From contig NIVC01000478.1 in assembly GCA_002269645.1 (NCBI GenBank), forward strand, positions 1 through 64,000: a DNA stretch of 64,000 bases, in the 5' to 3' direction. Shown one piece after another: positions 37,991 to 52,589 of the stretch. A model generated the notes under the pieces. It had not been told where the DNA came from. It ran no database searches and saw only the letters and a list, made by a program, of their open reading frames with translations. Position 1 is the stretch's first letter; each line of letters begins with the position of its first letter. The stretch is from Macrostomum lignano. Lineage: Eukaryota. The translations under genes were made by a program, and so were the position numbers.

Positions 37991-40900
37991 GGAGAGAATT
38001 TGCAAAGGCCTCAAATCTTAGTTTAACGTGCATTACTCCCATCTTTGCCTTTTTCCTAACTGTTAACAAGTTTTTGTTTGAGCATGACTTCAAATTTAGA
38101 ATCTATGCAAAAATAGTTCCGGGAATTAGAATTCAGTGGTTTAAAAATCTGTGGGGTTTTCACAGCTTGTATCTCTACTAGATTCGTATTCTGCATCTGA
38201 TGAGCCATCTGAATCAGGGCTCTCATCTTCCATGCCAAATCGTCTAGCAAATCGTTCTTGAGCTATAGGTCACACTGTATTCACTTCACTTACTTCTGGA
38301 CATTCATGAATCATGACTTTTGTAGTATGCTCACTACACTATACTGACAATTTACTAATTGCTTCATGCCGCCACTAGATGACATACTGATTAGCTGTTA
38401 TAAAAATGCGGAATCTGCACACAGCACTAATTAGCTGGCGAGGCATTTAGCTTTAAAAATATGGTCATAGTTACTCCTGCCATTTACCTAAAGTTTTTGC
38501 TAGGCTCTTTCATAGGTAAGTCGCATTTTTTATCGAAAACTAAGTCGCACGGCCAGCGTAATTTTTGAAGTTGCGCATGTATGGCCTGGCATGCCCTCTT
38601 GGCGTAGGCCTACAGCTTGGCATATAAAAATTGTTGAGATAACAGGTAGAACCAAAAGTTCTAAGTCCCTATCAATCTATACAATTAGTATACAAAAATG
38701 ATTACGTTTACATTTGGTATAGTCTCTATATACATATAGTTACAATGGCTAAATTTTGACCAGAAAGAATAGCCAGCCTTTTACAAAAAAACAGATTCAA
38801 ACTAAATTTAAAAACCCAGATTCAACTTTTCTAAGAAGTTAGAAGTCAAACAAAAATAGTAAAAATGAACTACTTCTATACAGTTTAGTAAAAAAATTAC
38901 CTATTTAAATATATTGATTTTTTAAATATCAAAATTTTGCAAGCTATTAATATTTGTCATAATTTGTATTTTCATTTTGGTATATTTTTGTTTGTGATAA
39001 AAAGTTTGTTGGTATACTATTGGTATGCATGAGCTATAGAAGCAGTTTTCGTTCCAGTGTACAGCAGCACACAATCCTGACCTCTTGGATAGAATTCTTG
39101 CACAAAAGTTGTTACACGTTTGTGTATGCTTGTCAAGTTTGTGCGCGCTTGCACGCTGAAAAGGAGCCTACTTGCGTGCTCTTGACAAGTGTGCGTGCTC
39201 CATCGTATGCACTTGCGCAAGAAGCTGTTTGCCTTAGAATCAGACAGGATTTGACTTTTACATGCATTCAACATTGTTATCTGCCATGTGGCATATGCAC
39301 GCTCAAGTTTTCCTACTTTTCATAGTCCAGAAGGTTGTTTTTACACTAGAAAATTTCAAAATAAAAGTAAAACAAGGAATAATAGTTTTTAGCAAAAACA
39401 GTTACTTTAAAGTTTAATAAAACTCTTATACTTTTTAAAGAATATTTTCTCTAAAAAAATATAGTGTTCAAGCAACTTTACACTTGAAGTACAATTTTTT
39501 AATTTATGTTGGCATAGAATTAAAAAACTAGAAAAATGATTTTTTTTGCGCATGGGCCATGCTTTGCATTATGACTTATTTTTATAGCTGGCATGCACGC
39601 TTGCGCACTGCTCCAAAACATGCGGGCATGTTTTCCTACCCTCGAGCAAGAATTCTATCCTGGCCTAACCCTGGTGTGTTGCCAATAGAAATGGCCAGGT
39701 GAATCCCTAGGACTAGGTTGTGCCCGAGCATGAACAAGATTATTATGATACATTGATAAGGAATGCATACAAATTTAGTGATAGATAATTTAGGCAACAG
39801 AAATTTAATATAAAAAATTGGCAAAGAAAACTTGGCTACAATCTTGGGAAATTTAGCAACAAGTCTTTGTCTAATTTATTGATTGCAACCAAGGCTTCAG
39901 ATAAAGCCATCTGTCAAACAAAATCCCTATATCTTTGGTTAATAATATAACATATTACTTAACCTGTCTGTTGCCAAATTATTCTGTTGCCAGATTTGCT
40001 TTTGCCAAATTTAGTTAGGCCCTAATACCTATTTGATAGGATTCTTTTTATAAAGAGTTTATAATGCATAGCAACTATCCATATTAGTGTTATAATTGCA
40101 TGTACAACAGAACAGCCTGCAGATGGGCAATAATTTTTTACTTGTTTTATTCTACATTTGACATACAATGTAGTCTCAATTCATTGCTATTTTTTGTTAT
40201 GGGCCTAAATTGAATATTAGATTAGGGCCTACTTCCCAATAATTTGAACAGTATATGACAATTGGATACATACATACAAGATTCAGCCATCGTGCATGCA
40301 ATTAAAACAGTCACTAGGTAGACAGCTGCTGTGTTCAGATCTATCAATACCAAGCTAGAAATATAAATCATCTATAGGCTTAGTATTTTCCATGTTGTGC
40401 CAGATAGGTTAGCCTAACTTTGATAATTTGATACTCAACAACCGACAACAATACTAGTGCCTACTAAAAGTACAATTATGGTTGCAGCCTTAGGGGAAGT
40501 TAGGCTTAGCCTTGCAGGCAGGGCAGGGCTAGCTGGCCTGGCTAGGCCTGTATGTATGTATTAAATTTCTTAGACCTGAAAAGCAGGAAGTACAAGAAGG
40601 TCTTAACCATTTTTGTAAAGAATTCTTGTTAAATAAAAATTCAATAGGCCTATATTAACATACAGGCATGTAGCATTCTAAACATACCAGATGCAGATAC
40701 TGACTTGGTTGAAGCAGCTAGTCAGTTCAAATATAGAGATTTCCTAATTTCATGAAAAGGGACAACTTATAAATATAAAACGTGTAGGTTTTTACAAATT
40801 TAAAAATTCTGCACGTTATTTTTAAGACGCATTTTTATCTGTTTCTTAGGTAATTTTAAAGTAACTTATCTAACTTTGAAAAAGAAATAGCATGTTACTG

Positions 40901-42419
40901 ACTATAACTTTGTTTTAATGGAAAAATGCCGTTTACTTTTCTAAATGAAAAAGCAATGCGCACTTACATCAGACACTGCAAAAATTCCGGCTGGTAGAAA
41001 GTAGTTTTATAGACTGATTTAGATCAAAACAGACGCCTACTGTCTAGCCCGGAAGTTTATTTTGTACGTACAAGCACATGTAGGCGATTTTTGAAGGAAA
41101 TACGATTCTAGGTTTTCATTACATTTTTTCTCTTGCATAAGCAGCCCAGCTTGTAGCGAGTTTAACAATTCTATTTTTACCTTCTTAAGAGAAGTAGTAC
41201 TAGAGAATTGAAAAAAAAACTAATATTCTTGCTTAAAAAGAATATTAAAATCGGAACCCAGACAATTTTACGCAGCGGTCTATAATAATATTTTAACGAG
41301 ACATCATCAATATGCTTATTTATTTACCAAAGTTGAAGAAACTGCGCGTTAATATTGATTGGAGGCACAAAGATGTTATAGGAGCATTTCCATGAACAAA
41401 TTTTAGGGAAAACACGGCAAACGCAAAGCTAGGTATAAAACTGTGTTATATTACGTAGTAGTCATTTAAATTAAATTTTGCGTCCGACATCCTCGTGATT
41501 AATTATACGAGGATTACTATCTCGTATAGCTAATTTTTAGAAAACAGTAACTTAAGCTTGTTTCATATTATCACCAGTTGCTCTATGGCCAAACATTACA
41601 AAAAACCAATTTATACATTGGCGTGAGCCAAACTGTAAAAATTTCTAGCAATCTTCGGCTTTCGTGGAACTACTAGTGTACTCGTTTACTAAGAAATCCA
41701 AAATAGCAAAACAGACACAAGGGAGGGACATTTGTAGGTTTAACGATGCAAAAGTTTGGTCGGCATTTTTAGCTTCTAATATTTGGTAACTACAAGGTTT
41801 GTTCAAAAAACAAAAGCCCAAAAAATAGTTTTCAACTAAGCTAATAAGTTTAAACATTAAATAGACGTTGTGGTATTTGCGATACAAAATAAAACCGGAC
41901 AAATTGTTTACAAAAATATAGGGGATAAAATTTGGATAACGCGAACGAACAAATTTAAACTATTAAGAACTGCATAAAGAATTTGAACAAAGCCGAAAGT
42001 TGAAAGAAAACAACTTCGACTACAAAAAATAATGTACGATTGAATGAAACCACGGCGAAAGAGGGTAAAAACAGGGTGAAACAAAGCACAGGAATTTGGG
42101 GCAGAGGAGCCTACATATTATTAGAGAATTAAATACCACACATAACATCATGTACCAGCCAATATGTTCGCCTAAATTTAAAAGAAGTTTAAAGACAGAT
42201 GGAACATTCTTACATAAAGTATAACTAACTGCGTTAAGATGCTTTCAACTAAGATAATAAATACATAAGCTATATGATATTTGGTATTAACCTGAACTAT
42301 GAAATTAGGAGTAACCTAAAAATAATTAGGAAAACAATAAATAAGCAAACTATAGTGTTTTATTAACTGCCAGATAAATGTCAGTTAGCACTAATGCTTT
42401 CAACCAATCAATGAGCGAC

Positions 42420-44078
42420 CTATTCGGTTTTGGAGGCTTCGTCAAAGTTGCCAGTGAGCTCCGGTACATCGTCGTCGTCTTTGGCCGCGGCAGCGACGGC
42501 GGCCGCTGCTTCAGCATTGTTGCTATCGTCGCCCTCTTCTGGCTTTGAGGCGGAGCCTTTAAAAAAGGTTTTTAAAAAAGGCTTAGTTTAACAATTCATT
42601 AAACTTCAGAATATATCAATTAGATAAAGAAACAGTTTTTAGGATAATCATTTTACAAGGGATCTGTGAGACAACCTATTGAGACAAGTAGGCGAATAAA
42701 GATTTTCGAATCGTAAAGTCTTTCGGATACGACTAATAGAATTACGCAAGTGGCGTGGAAATGAAATTATCAATACAACTTTTAGTATAGCGAACTAGCA
42801 ATCTGCGCCCCTAGTTGGGGAGGCAACAGAAGGAATATTTTTTATTGAATAAACTACACTTCGGTTTTGACTTTGTACATTCGCTCTTGTTTTGTTAGTA
42901 TCCTAAGGAAAAGATGTTCAAAGCAAAAACGCATCCGTCCTGAGAGTCAGCTATCTAGCTTAATATTTCAGCATCCTATGTGACCTTTGTCATCAAAGCC
43001 TCCCTTTAGCCACGGCTTATCCCAAACATTCCTTATGATTTACCAATACGAGTACCTTTAGCTTCGCCTACCAACAACTTCCAATTGATCATTGGTATCT
43101 CAGCAACCCCTTCGCCCCCTTTCCCAGGAGGCCATCCCCTGAAGTTATCAACTCATCAATTGATCAAGTTATCAACTAATGAATCAATCAAGTTATCAAC
43201 TAATCAATCGATCAAGTTATCAACTAATGAATCAATCAAGTTATCAACTAATCAATCGATCAAGTTATCAACTAATCAATCGATCAAGTTATCAACTAAT
43301 CAATCGATCAAGTTATCAACTAATCAATCGATCAAGTTATCAACTAATAAATCGATCAAGTTATAAACTAATCAATCGATCAAGCTATCAACTAATCAAT
43401 CGATCAAGTTATCAACTAATCAATCGATCAAGTTATCAACTAATGAATCGATCAAGTTATCAACTAATAAATCGATCAAGTTATAAACTAATCAATCGAT
43501 CAATCAATTATCTAACCGATTGATCATACAACCAACTAACAAACCAATCCATTAATCAACATATCAATGTATCAAGCAATTAACTATTCCATTAAATAAG
43601 TAGTCAACTAATCAATCGAGCAAAATTTCAACGAATCAACGTGTTTATTAGTGAACAAAATAAAGATTACGCACCAGTATCAGATACATAATGATTACTT
43701 ACTCAATCCAGCGGCCATTTTCTTCAAGCTGGCAAAACTCTCCGGGCCCATCTGATTCCACACAGTTGGCAGCAGTTCCGTCAAGCTTTTAGTCTCAGCT
43801 TGGCCAGTGATGGCAAAGGTATTAGCCTGAAGCGAAGCCTGAACCTTTGGATTGGTGAAGTGGATCACTTCTCCGCCTTCGCGAAACATATTGACCTCCT
43901 CAATGCCCGGGATGGCATTGACGCCGAGCTTCTTCAGTGTAGTGGTGACTTTGCGCTCGTCTGTGCCAGTGTTCTTGTGCACAATCTTCTTCTTCCGCCT
44001 GGCGGAGCCTTTGCCACCAATGCGGATAGAGTCTACCTGGGACTTAAGCTTGTCTATCTTGGCTTGCCGATTCTCCAT
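42420..44078 (-). CDS. BTF3: Nascent polypeptide-associated complex beta / BTF3 (170 aa; exons 44078-43703, 42556-42420)
   Basis: [56 protein letters not shown], and C-terminal [19 protein letters not shown]. Phase-1 intron GTAAGT...tttaaAG. Confidence 0.96.
43143..43505. repeat. 24-bp minisatellite (atcaagttatcaactaatcaatcg) in the BTF3 intron
   Basis: Directly visible. Confidence 0.94.
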
Positions 44079-46949
44079 GACCGTGACTTGGCTGTAAGTA
44101 GAGACAATTTTTAACCCTTGCAAGATGGCACATTTGTGCATACAGCCAATATTTTGCAGTCACTAAACTTAAACCTACTAGACTTCATTATATAAGGATA
44201 TATAGTCTGGCTCGAGCCCACACAGTTTGCTACCCAACTGTCACTGCACTCAAGAACAGTGCTACTGAGAAGTAGATGAGTATGTCATCTGACTATATCA
44301 TTAAAGTATGCTTTAGTTTCCAAACAAGGCAAGACAGAGTTCTGGTTTGCAATGGTTACAATAGTTACTAAGCTTGCCTTTCATATTTATTTGAACTAAA
44401 CTGTCTTTAATTTTTGCTTTGGTGCTAAATTACACGTTTTTTATCCCCCCCCCATGGGTCAAGTTTTATGCAACACCTGATATACCAAGGTATATACCTT
44501 AACCTTATAGTCTTGAATACATGTCATGCAATTTGGGTGCAGGTCATTTTGTCTTAGCACTGTCAGTTTCTCTGCTATAGGTCTATGTGGAATAACCAGC
44601 AATGTGAGACAGAAACACTAGGGTAGATAGTTTATCAACATTGTGTCTAATAGAAACAATAATCAACAGTGAAGTAGCAAAACACATTTTCTTGCAAAGA
44701 GCCACATTTTTTAGAAGTAAGTAATTGTTGCTTTTTTAATTTTTCTACATTTAAATAACTTTTTTATCATTACTTTTGCTAATATTAATGTAGACAATTA
44801 AATAGTAAAACATTTTAAATATATTTTTTAATAAAAAAATTCAAAGAATATACATTTACATACAGTTTTTCTATGTATATAAATACTTCAAAAGGGTTTA
44901 ACTAAAATTATAAAAAAATTTTGTAACTGTTTTACTACTTGACCAATTTTAAAAACTAAGGTGTTTTTTACTGAGACAAATGAGATTTATGAAATAAAAT
45001 AGGCCTAGATAAAAAGAAATACTAAAAAATAACTTTCTGTAATAACTTTGAAGGCAAAGGCTGGCTTTTTGCACGAATTGGTTTGCTCTGCTGAGCTAAG
45101 AATTGCAGAGATACTAGAAAAGAAGTGCCCTTTCTAAGCAGAGTGGGAGGCACCTTTAAGGAAGTATATTTGGGGTGGGTACGCCCTAAGCTTTGTAGAG
45201 GGAAGGCATGAGTAGGACGCACATAGACAGTGGAGAGATACAAACAATGGGGTGAGTCACACGCAGGTGGAGAGATAGACAGAGAGAGATGTTGGAACCA
45301 GACAGACACACAGTGATTCAGACAAAGGGAAAGTGCATACACAAAACACTAAGAGTTTATAATGTCCATGGCACAAATGCCACACTTTCAAAAGCTTACT
45401 AGAATTCAGAGTGTAGAAAGATATTAATATTATACTTTTATTTCATTGTTTTCCATTGTTCTATGATTGCAACTGTTTCATTTAAAATGAAAAAATAATT
45501 CAACAGATGAAAAAGGAAAATAGTTAATGGATTCTTATATAGGCAAGAAAATCTATTGCATACCACATTTAATATTTTTTTAATTCTTAAGTGGCCTAAT
45601 CTAATAACTAAACTTAAATAGCATGAAAGTCTACTACTACTATTCATAGAGTAACAAAAACTAGAGTTAGGCACTAGTCTATTAATAAGCATTAATCTGT
45701 TAATAGACATTAACCATAAATATACCTAATAAGCATGTAGATTTTTGTACTAATGAGACAGTCTAATAATTAGTTAGATATCTTGTTTGCTTGTTGTGTG
45801 CCTCAATAGTATCTTTATGCCTTAATCATTCTGCATGCCTTTTTCTATAGTTCGTTTTTAACGCGCAGTGTTCTCAAAATAATTTCTAATAATAGTAGTC
45901 TTACTGAATAAATAAATTTGCTCTAATAAGAACATAATCTGTTATCATACCTTCTTGTAACTATTTTGTAGTATAATAATTTGTTAATATCTGTCCGCCA
46001 TTTTTGCTGCTTTTAGTATAAAAGAAGCGAAATATATTGAAAGAAAGCTAACCTGCTGCCTGGCAATTTGATAACCTGTTCACCTTGGCTTGCCGCCTTC
46101 AGGCTCCTGCTATTAGGCCTTAGTGCCGCTCTGTTCTAAAAATAGCTATTGAGTCAGACTTGTTTCTTTAAAGGCGAGCAGTCACCCCTTTATCCCCATA
46201 TCCCTCTCTCGAGAATGTACAACCCCCCTTTTGACGAATTGCTACACCCCTCTTCACCAAGCCAAACAGGCGTGCAGCCTTTCCCTACTCCCTGACCCCT
46301 CAGCTTGACCTGGTGTTTGGCCAACTCCCCAACCAGACTCCCTGTTAGCTCTGGCCTCAACTCCCACATCAGGCATATTGCCTCCTTATCCCACTAGGCC
46401 TGTTGCCTAAGCTATATACCCCTCATTACTTCCCTCACATCAGGCATATTTGCCTCCTTACCCCGTTAAGGCTTTTAGCCTGTCATTCTTTGATTAGGCA
46501 TATTGCCTTCTTAATTCCCTATCTGAATCCCCCTGATGCCAGGCATTCCCCACTGAAGATTAGAATTCCCCCCTTTGCGCAATTCTCAGGCAACTCTGAT
46601 CCACCGCGTAGCCATTTTCAGATTAGATTATATAGACAGTGTCTTGCCGCTAGGACACTAGGTTACCAGGAGCAACCTTAGGCTTACTCCTACTAGTAAT
46701 AGTAATTGCATATTTCTTCCCAAATTCAAAGAAATTCCCGAAAATCCCTGGCAACCCCAATCCCCTTTTACAACAAATTTAGTGTTAGCAAAAGGATAAA
46801 TTGTCCTCCCTCACGACCTTTACAACACTAATTCAATGTAAATTGGACTAAAATCATCTGGTTTTGATTATTTTTTACCATAAGACAATGCAAAATAGAT
46901 GTGTAGATGAAGAAATAGATAGGCAATTAAAAAATTTCTGGATAAAAGC

Positions 46950-47400
46950 ATACTTTGGTCCAGATTTATACTTGTTTTTCTAACAATTACTTATACTCCT
47001 GTTTGTCTACCTTGAACTAGACAGAAAGCCAGAGAATTTCTGGTATATTTTGGTTTATATTTATACCAAGTTTCATAGCCAGCAACTTATTCACCTAAAT
47101 ATCCATTCAGACATAATGACAATGGCAAAACTTTTACTAATGAAAAATTTAAAGCATTTTGCTAACTTTATAATATGTGCCACTGCTACACTTTTATTAT
47201 CCCCTATCATTCCTAGTCTAATGGACTAGTAGAAAGATTTAATAAACATTAAACAAGTGAAATTTATTCATTTGTCTAATTAATAAAGACCACAAAGATT
47301 GGGACTTACTGATACCCACAGCCCTTGTAGCCTTAGAAACAGATCCAATGCAACCATAGGCTTTTCCCTACATTTCCTACTTTTTGGTAGATAGAAAAGC
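46950..47400 (+). pseudogene. Decayed Ty3/gypsy integrase core
   Basis: Broken frames give DNGKTF..EKFKAFC, PYHS*SNGLVERFN and DWDLLIP.A...RN..NATIGFSP.FLLFGR. These match the retroviral-type integrase motifs SDNG / PYHPQSNGLVERFN / TGFSP..LLFGR. Confidence 0.8.
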
Positions 47401-48019
47401 TATATACATTGAGGTATGATAGGTAAATAGGGTCAAATAGGTAGTTTAGCATTAGAAACTTAGTGGCATTTAGTGGGATTGGTTAGAGAGAAGCAATAGG
47501 CCTACAACAACTTAATAACAGAGAGCTAGCAAGCTAGCAAAAAGCCCTCCTCCATGCATTTGTTAATCCGGATAGGTTACGCAATACTTGTTTGCATGTA
47601 TAATGCTGACCATTTGCTGGTTTGATATAGAATGACCTAGGTGGACTAATTTAATTGATTTGTGCATTGTGTACATGATTTCAATGTTGTTCTTTAGACT
47701 TGACTGGCTAGCTTTTAACTAAGGCTCATTCACACTGACTTGAAATGAGCAACCCAGTTATGTGACTTGTGTACTTGGGGATAAAAAATGATATACAAAT
47801 TGTGCAATCACACAAAATTGGCCAGGTTTATTATTGTGTCAACAAGCCTTAAGTCCTTGCGAAGTTAACTTACAGGAAGGTATACTAGAATTTTTATTTA
47901 ACTTTTGATGCACGCATGAATTTGGCTTTAATAGCTAACGAGCCACTTAACAGCCAGGCATTTTTTTGTTATTTTAAGAAGCAACATTCAGATAACGAGA
48001 ATTTAAAAAACTAAGCAAT

Positions 48020-49090
48020 AATATGCAAGATGAAGCCAAGAGGAACTGTCCAACAATTGCTAGGGTCTTTTGTAGCCAGTTGGTTAGCAGTCTTGTTGTA
48101 CGGATCATGACACATACACAAGTAAGCATCAATTTTTTTCTGTCGTGGCTTACCAGTCAAACAGTTTATTGGTTTTTATTGTAATTAATTATTGTTAATA
48201 CAGATTTAATCCTGGACAAACGGTAGTAGTACCGGCAGCATTTTTTCTATGCTAATATGCGATGATTCTTTTGCTGAAATTTGAGTGTCCGTGTTTGTAA
48301 GTTCAGTGCCGTGCAAGTGGCATCCCTGTCAACTGGGCAACACAATTTGAATTGACAGTGCATTTGTAAAGCCCGGCACAAAATATAACAGTGCCAATAA
48401 TGATCTAGAGATTTCGGCCAACACGTCAAAGGGTTTGATGATTAAACTTACCGATGAGCAAGTTCACATATGGGAACTGCGCCTTACTTTGAGTTGTATT
48501 AGCAACTTATGAGGAAAAAAAGTATGAAAAATTGCGCACTGTATGTATTTAAAACAGGAAATGAAAAGGTCATAGCTATGAAGCCTAGCAAGATAGGTTC
48601 CTGAATAATTATACTGCTGTTCGGAATTTTTACAGAGTTGTGGATGTCATTGGTATACTCGTTAGTTTGCAAACAGTAGTCCAGCTGCAGAAGAACAATG
48701 GCATGCAATTGCAAAAAGCTACAGTGACATTGACTGATCAGTCAGCTAAAAAAGTTGTGTGCACCTTTTGGGAAGCTTCTGCAGACCAGGTGGCAGATTG
48801 GCGAGAAGGCAAAATTCTTCTGCTTAAGGGTGCAAGAACTAGCAGGTACAAGGAATTTTGCTCAACACTTCCAACGCATTTTCTGTCTACCAGCCTAAGC
48901 TACCTGATACTGAGGGTTTGCAAACCTGGTTTGAGAGACAAACTCATGGCAAACTGTTGATTCCTACTGCAATAATGTCATCGCCACATCTTGGCTCACA
49001 AAGGCAACCAGAAGCAGCACAGATTACCATCTAGTTGCCTGCAAGGACAGCTGTAACAAAGATTGTTGTCCAAATCGAAAGCAAAGAGGT
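48020..49090 (+). pseudogene. RPA70-like OB-fold gene remnant (possibly Helitron-borne)
   Basis: FVKPGTKYNSANNDLEI (DBD-A-like), VVDVIGILVSLQTV...KATVTLTDQSAKKVVCTFW (DBD-B-like) and YHLVACKDSCNK (DBD-C Zn-ribbon-like) occur in the correct order, interrupted by stops and frameshifts. Confidence 0.7.
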
Positions 49091-50722
49091 GGGTTAAACT
49101 ATGATTTCATTGTTTCCATGCTAAATTATACTCTTAAACACCTTTATTCTCAAGAATATGATTAGACGTAGGAAATAAAGTAGTGAATATTTAATTCATT
49201 TCATTTAATTGTATCTTAAATTTGGCAGAAAATCTTCTTTGAGGAATAGTCCAACGAATGTTCAAGGTATCTTTGAGCTGAATACATTGCCAATGGCTCT
49301 GTCTACAAATGTGCATATTCATCAATGGAAATTAAAGTTGACTAACATTAATTTACCTCTGAAACTAATTTATTTTTTGCAATTTTGAACCAAATAAATA
49401 AGGGATTAATTTAAAACTTATGGATGAAAAAAATACTAAAACCTAGTTGCTTTGCGATTATTATAAAGGAGCTAAGTATATTTTTATACTATATTGAAGA
49501 AGTTTATAGTGGGCTTATAGCAGGATTATTACAGAACTGCTTTGGGAAATTTTCTAATCTTTCAGTAGACAGTTAGTCTATAGCTATATAGGGGCATAAT
49601 CTTTATTCAGCATATAAGAATATACAATTTTTATAAACTGGCATAGGACTCATAACTTGTTCAACATTGGGGATAACCTGATGGGTAATAAATGATAGGC
49701 CTACTGGGAGTGTGGGTAATTTACATATTAATCCAGTCTAATGTCTAATGATTTGATTTTCAGCCAAGTAGTTTTTCATTTTTATGCTCTGCAAATAGGC
49801 TGGGTTGCTAGTCCTTACTAAAGCCTATTTAAGAACAATGCAAAACTCATATTTTCTATGCTATATGTTTATATATTAGGCTATATTAACATTAACAAAT
49901 TACTATCTATTAGTATTACTGATTATATTTAGACAATAGACATCCATTAACTAACTTTTACAATTAGCTTACTAAGCCTACTAAGGGCTAAGGTCAGGCC
50001 TAGGTCCCTAATGTCAAATGAAATGAAATTTAAAGCCTCAACTGCTCAAGCTCAATAAATTAAGATTAAGTAATGGTTTTTGTTATTAATGAAAGTTAAG
50101 AGTTTCATTAATAGTATACATTGTCCAATAGTAATACTGACAAAAATTAAAAACTGAAATGTTAGAACTAGACTTATGGTAGGGCCTATGAGGACAAGCC
50201 TGCTGCCTAGCCCAATAAATGGATTACAGTTGTTTCCGTGACAAGATATTTCAATGACAAGCAAAACTAAAGTCATTTTAATGAAAAGAAAAATACCCTT
50301 TTAGTGATAGCCATTCTGTTTTTAAACAGAAAATTAGGCCCTACCTTGCAAATCTTAAGGGATATTGAATCTAATAAAACTTGTCACCAAAATGACTAGG
50401 CCTATTTGTCACTGAAATGTCTGTCACCAAAATGATTTGTCACCAAAACAACTGGTACCTAATGCTAACAATGCTATTAGTATCATGTCATTGATAGGGC
50501 TACAATACAATAGTACAGATACATATTTAGCACCCAATAAAAACATTAGCTAAAGCTAGGTAGGGCAAGGGCCAGGCCAGCCAGGGGCTGTAACAGTGGC
50601 TGATGAGTGAAGACTGAAGAGTGAAGCAATTGGAAATTGTTTTCTATTACAATCGATGATTTTTTTGTTGGCTGTAGGCCTGGTGCCTTCACGCTTCAGC
50701 TGCTGATTAAAAATAGTTTCAA

Positions 50723-51312
50723 CCCACTTCGGCGAAGGAATTTCCGGCAATAGTCAATAACGGCGAAATTGACTATTGCCTTTCGCAATGACCATTTCGT
50801 CTAAAGCTGACCATTTCGGCGAAAGATTTGTTCCAAGCTTCGCTGAAGATCTTTGTTGTTTAAGAAGAGAGTAAAAAGAAAAACGACGTACTTTATAAAG
50901 ACTAATTTTATCGTGACACGTTTTTGTTTTGTCGCAGTTTAATTTAGTTGTTTTATTAGTCGTTCTGTTACGGTGGGATTTCAAAGTATGATTTTAGGAA
51001 CTGGAAATTACTGAAAAACACACACCGTCAGGTCATCCCAATCTATCGAATGCATATCGATAGATCGCATGTACTTAACACAGCTACGAGCTAAGTCATA
51101 AGTTTTTAAATTTTCTAACTGCATATAATTGCAGCAATGAACAATTTATTAAAAGCTTCAATCTCCAGTGGTTTATTTCATTTGCAATTATATACCTGGC
51201 CGATCTTTTCGCCGAACTGGTCACTTTCTTTCGCCGCAATTTACATCCATTTAAATTAAAAATTTACTTTCGCCAAAGCGTCTATCGTCGAAAATTCCTT
51301 CGCCGAAATGGG
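50723..51312. mobile_element. TIR-bounded non-autonomous DNA element (~590 bp), CpG-intact
   Basis: CCCACTTCGGCGAAGGAATTT...AAATTCCTTCGCCGAAATGGG; internal CGGCGAAA/TTCGCCG motifs; no clear TSD found. Confidence 0.7.
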
Positions 51313-52589
51313 CTGTCCTTAAAAAGGACATTATCATTCTTATCATTCCAGTCACGACCATTTTGGCAACATAATGTTGGTACAATTCGGTAAAATCAAA
51401 ATTTAATGTTTTTAAACTTTCTTAGTATTAAAAAAGTTAGTTAAAAGTGTTAAGGTAAACAGTTTAGCCATACTTACATAAAAATTGTTATTCTCTCTGT
51501 AATACATTGTGCAACTACGAGCCATTTTGATTTCTTTTACAGGAAACTAGACAACTGGATTGCCGAATTTTCACATGATATGATGGATACACAAATAGCA
51601 GTAAAATAGGCCTAATCCTTCAGTCACTCATAAAAGATAGTTCTATCTTAAAAACATTGGTTTATAATCTAATCTAATATTATCTAAATCTAAATATATT
51701 ATGAAAAATATAATGGATATTTTTCTAGCCCCTAATCCTAATCTAATGGAACTTATTGAAGTAATAATCTAATAATTTTAGATTGCTTTAAAGCGAATCT
51801 AACAAGTTATGATGCATTGATGCTGCAATTGTTGATTGGCTGCACTGCATACTGTAGGCCCCTCCCTACTCACTGTGACTGCATCTGCATTGTCACTGAC
51901 TAGGCCTAGGCCTATTTAGACTTTGTCTTAATATAATATATGATATATGGTAGGCCTAGGCCTATCTAATAGGCCTATCTTAGTATAAATTTCTTAAGCC
52001 TATATTATATATTAATAGTCTTTGAAGAGCTAATAGGTCTATTCAAAAAAATGTATGCTGTTGTAGGCCTAGGGGGCTAGTTTATTGGAATATCTGTCAT
52101 GTTATAGTGGCCTAGTGCGTAGCCCTGCCCCTTGGTTCTAAAATACATTGATCTAAATTTAGGATTTGAAATTTCTAAATTTGAAATATTTGTCTAATTT
52201 ACCAGGACACAATTATTTAACAAAAGAACTACTAAGAGAGAGTGGGAAAATTCTCTTTTAACAATTTTTTGTTATGCTAGAATGATGGAATGGAGCTACA
52301 TAAGTACATAAAATTCAAGAACATAGGCCCTAGGCTAACTTTTTGTTATGCACCTTCTCAAACAAGAATCAAATTGTCAATTGTCAAGAATCAAATAAAC
52401 CCTTTGGACTGCTATAAGGCCTATATTTGATAATCATGTTAGTAGGTTAGATTTTCCCTATAAACCCAAGTGTATTTATTAAAACCCTATGTACCAATCA
52501 GCACTGTGCCTCAGTGCAGCCTTGCCAAGTCTCCAAACTTTATCAGCACAGCAACCATGTGTGTCTGTATTGACTATTAGCTCTACCTT

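Larger units (their letters stand above)
35669..38583. mobile_element. hAT-type non-autonomous element (2915 bp) hosting a nested mariner MITE
   Basis: TIRs CATACATGCGCAACT...AGTTGCGCATGTATG; 8-bp TSD GCCTGGCA (35661-35668, 38584-38591). Confidence 0.9.

Noticed and set aside
46100-46700. Possible gag/ORF1 upstream of the integrase remnant
   Set aside because: No zinc-knuckle, protease or RT motif could be recognised in any frame.
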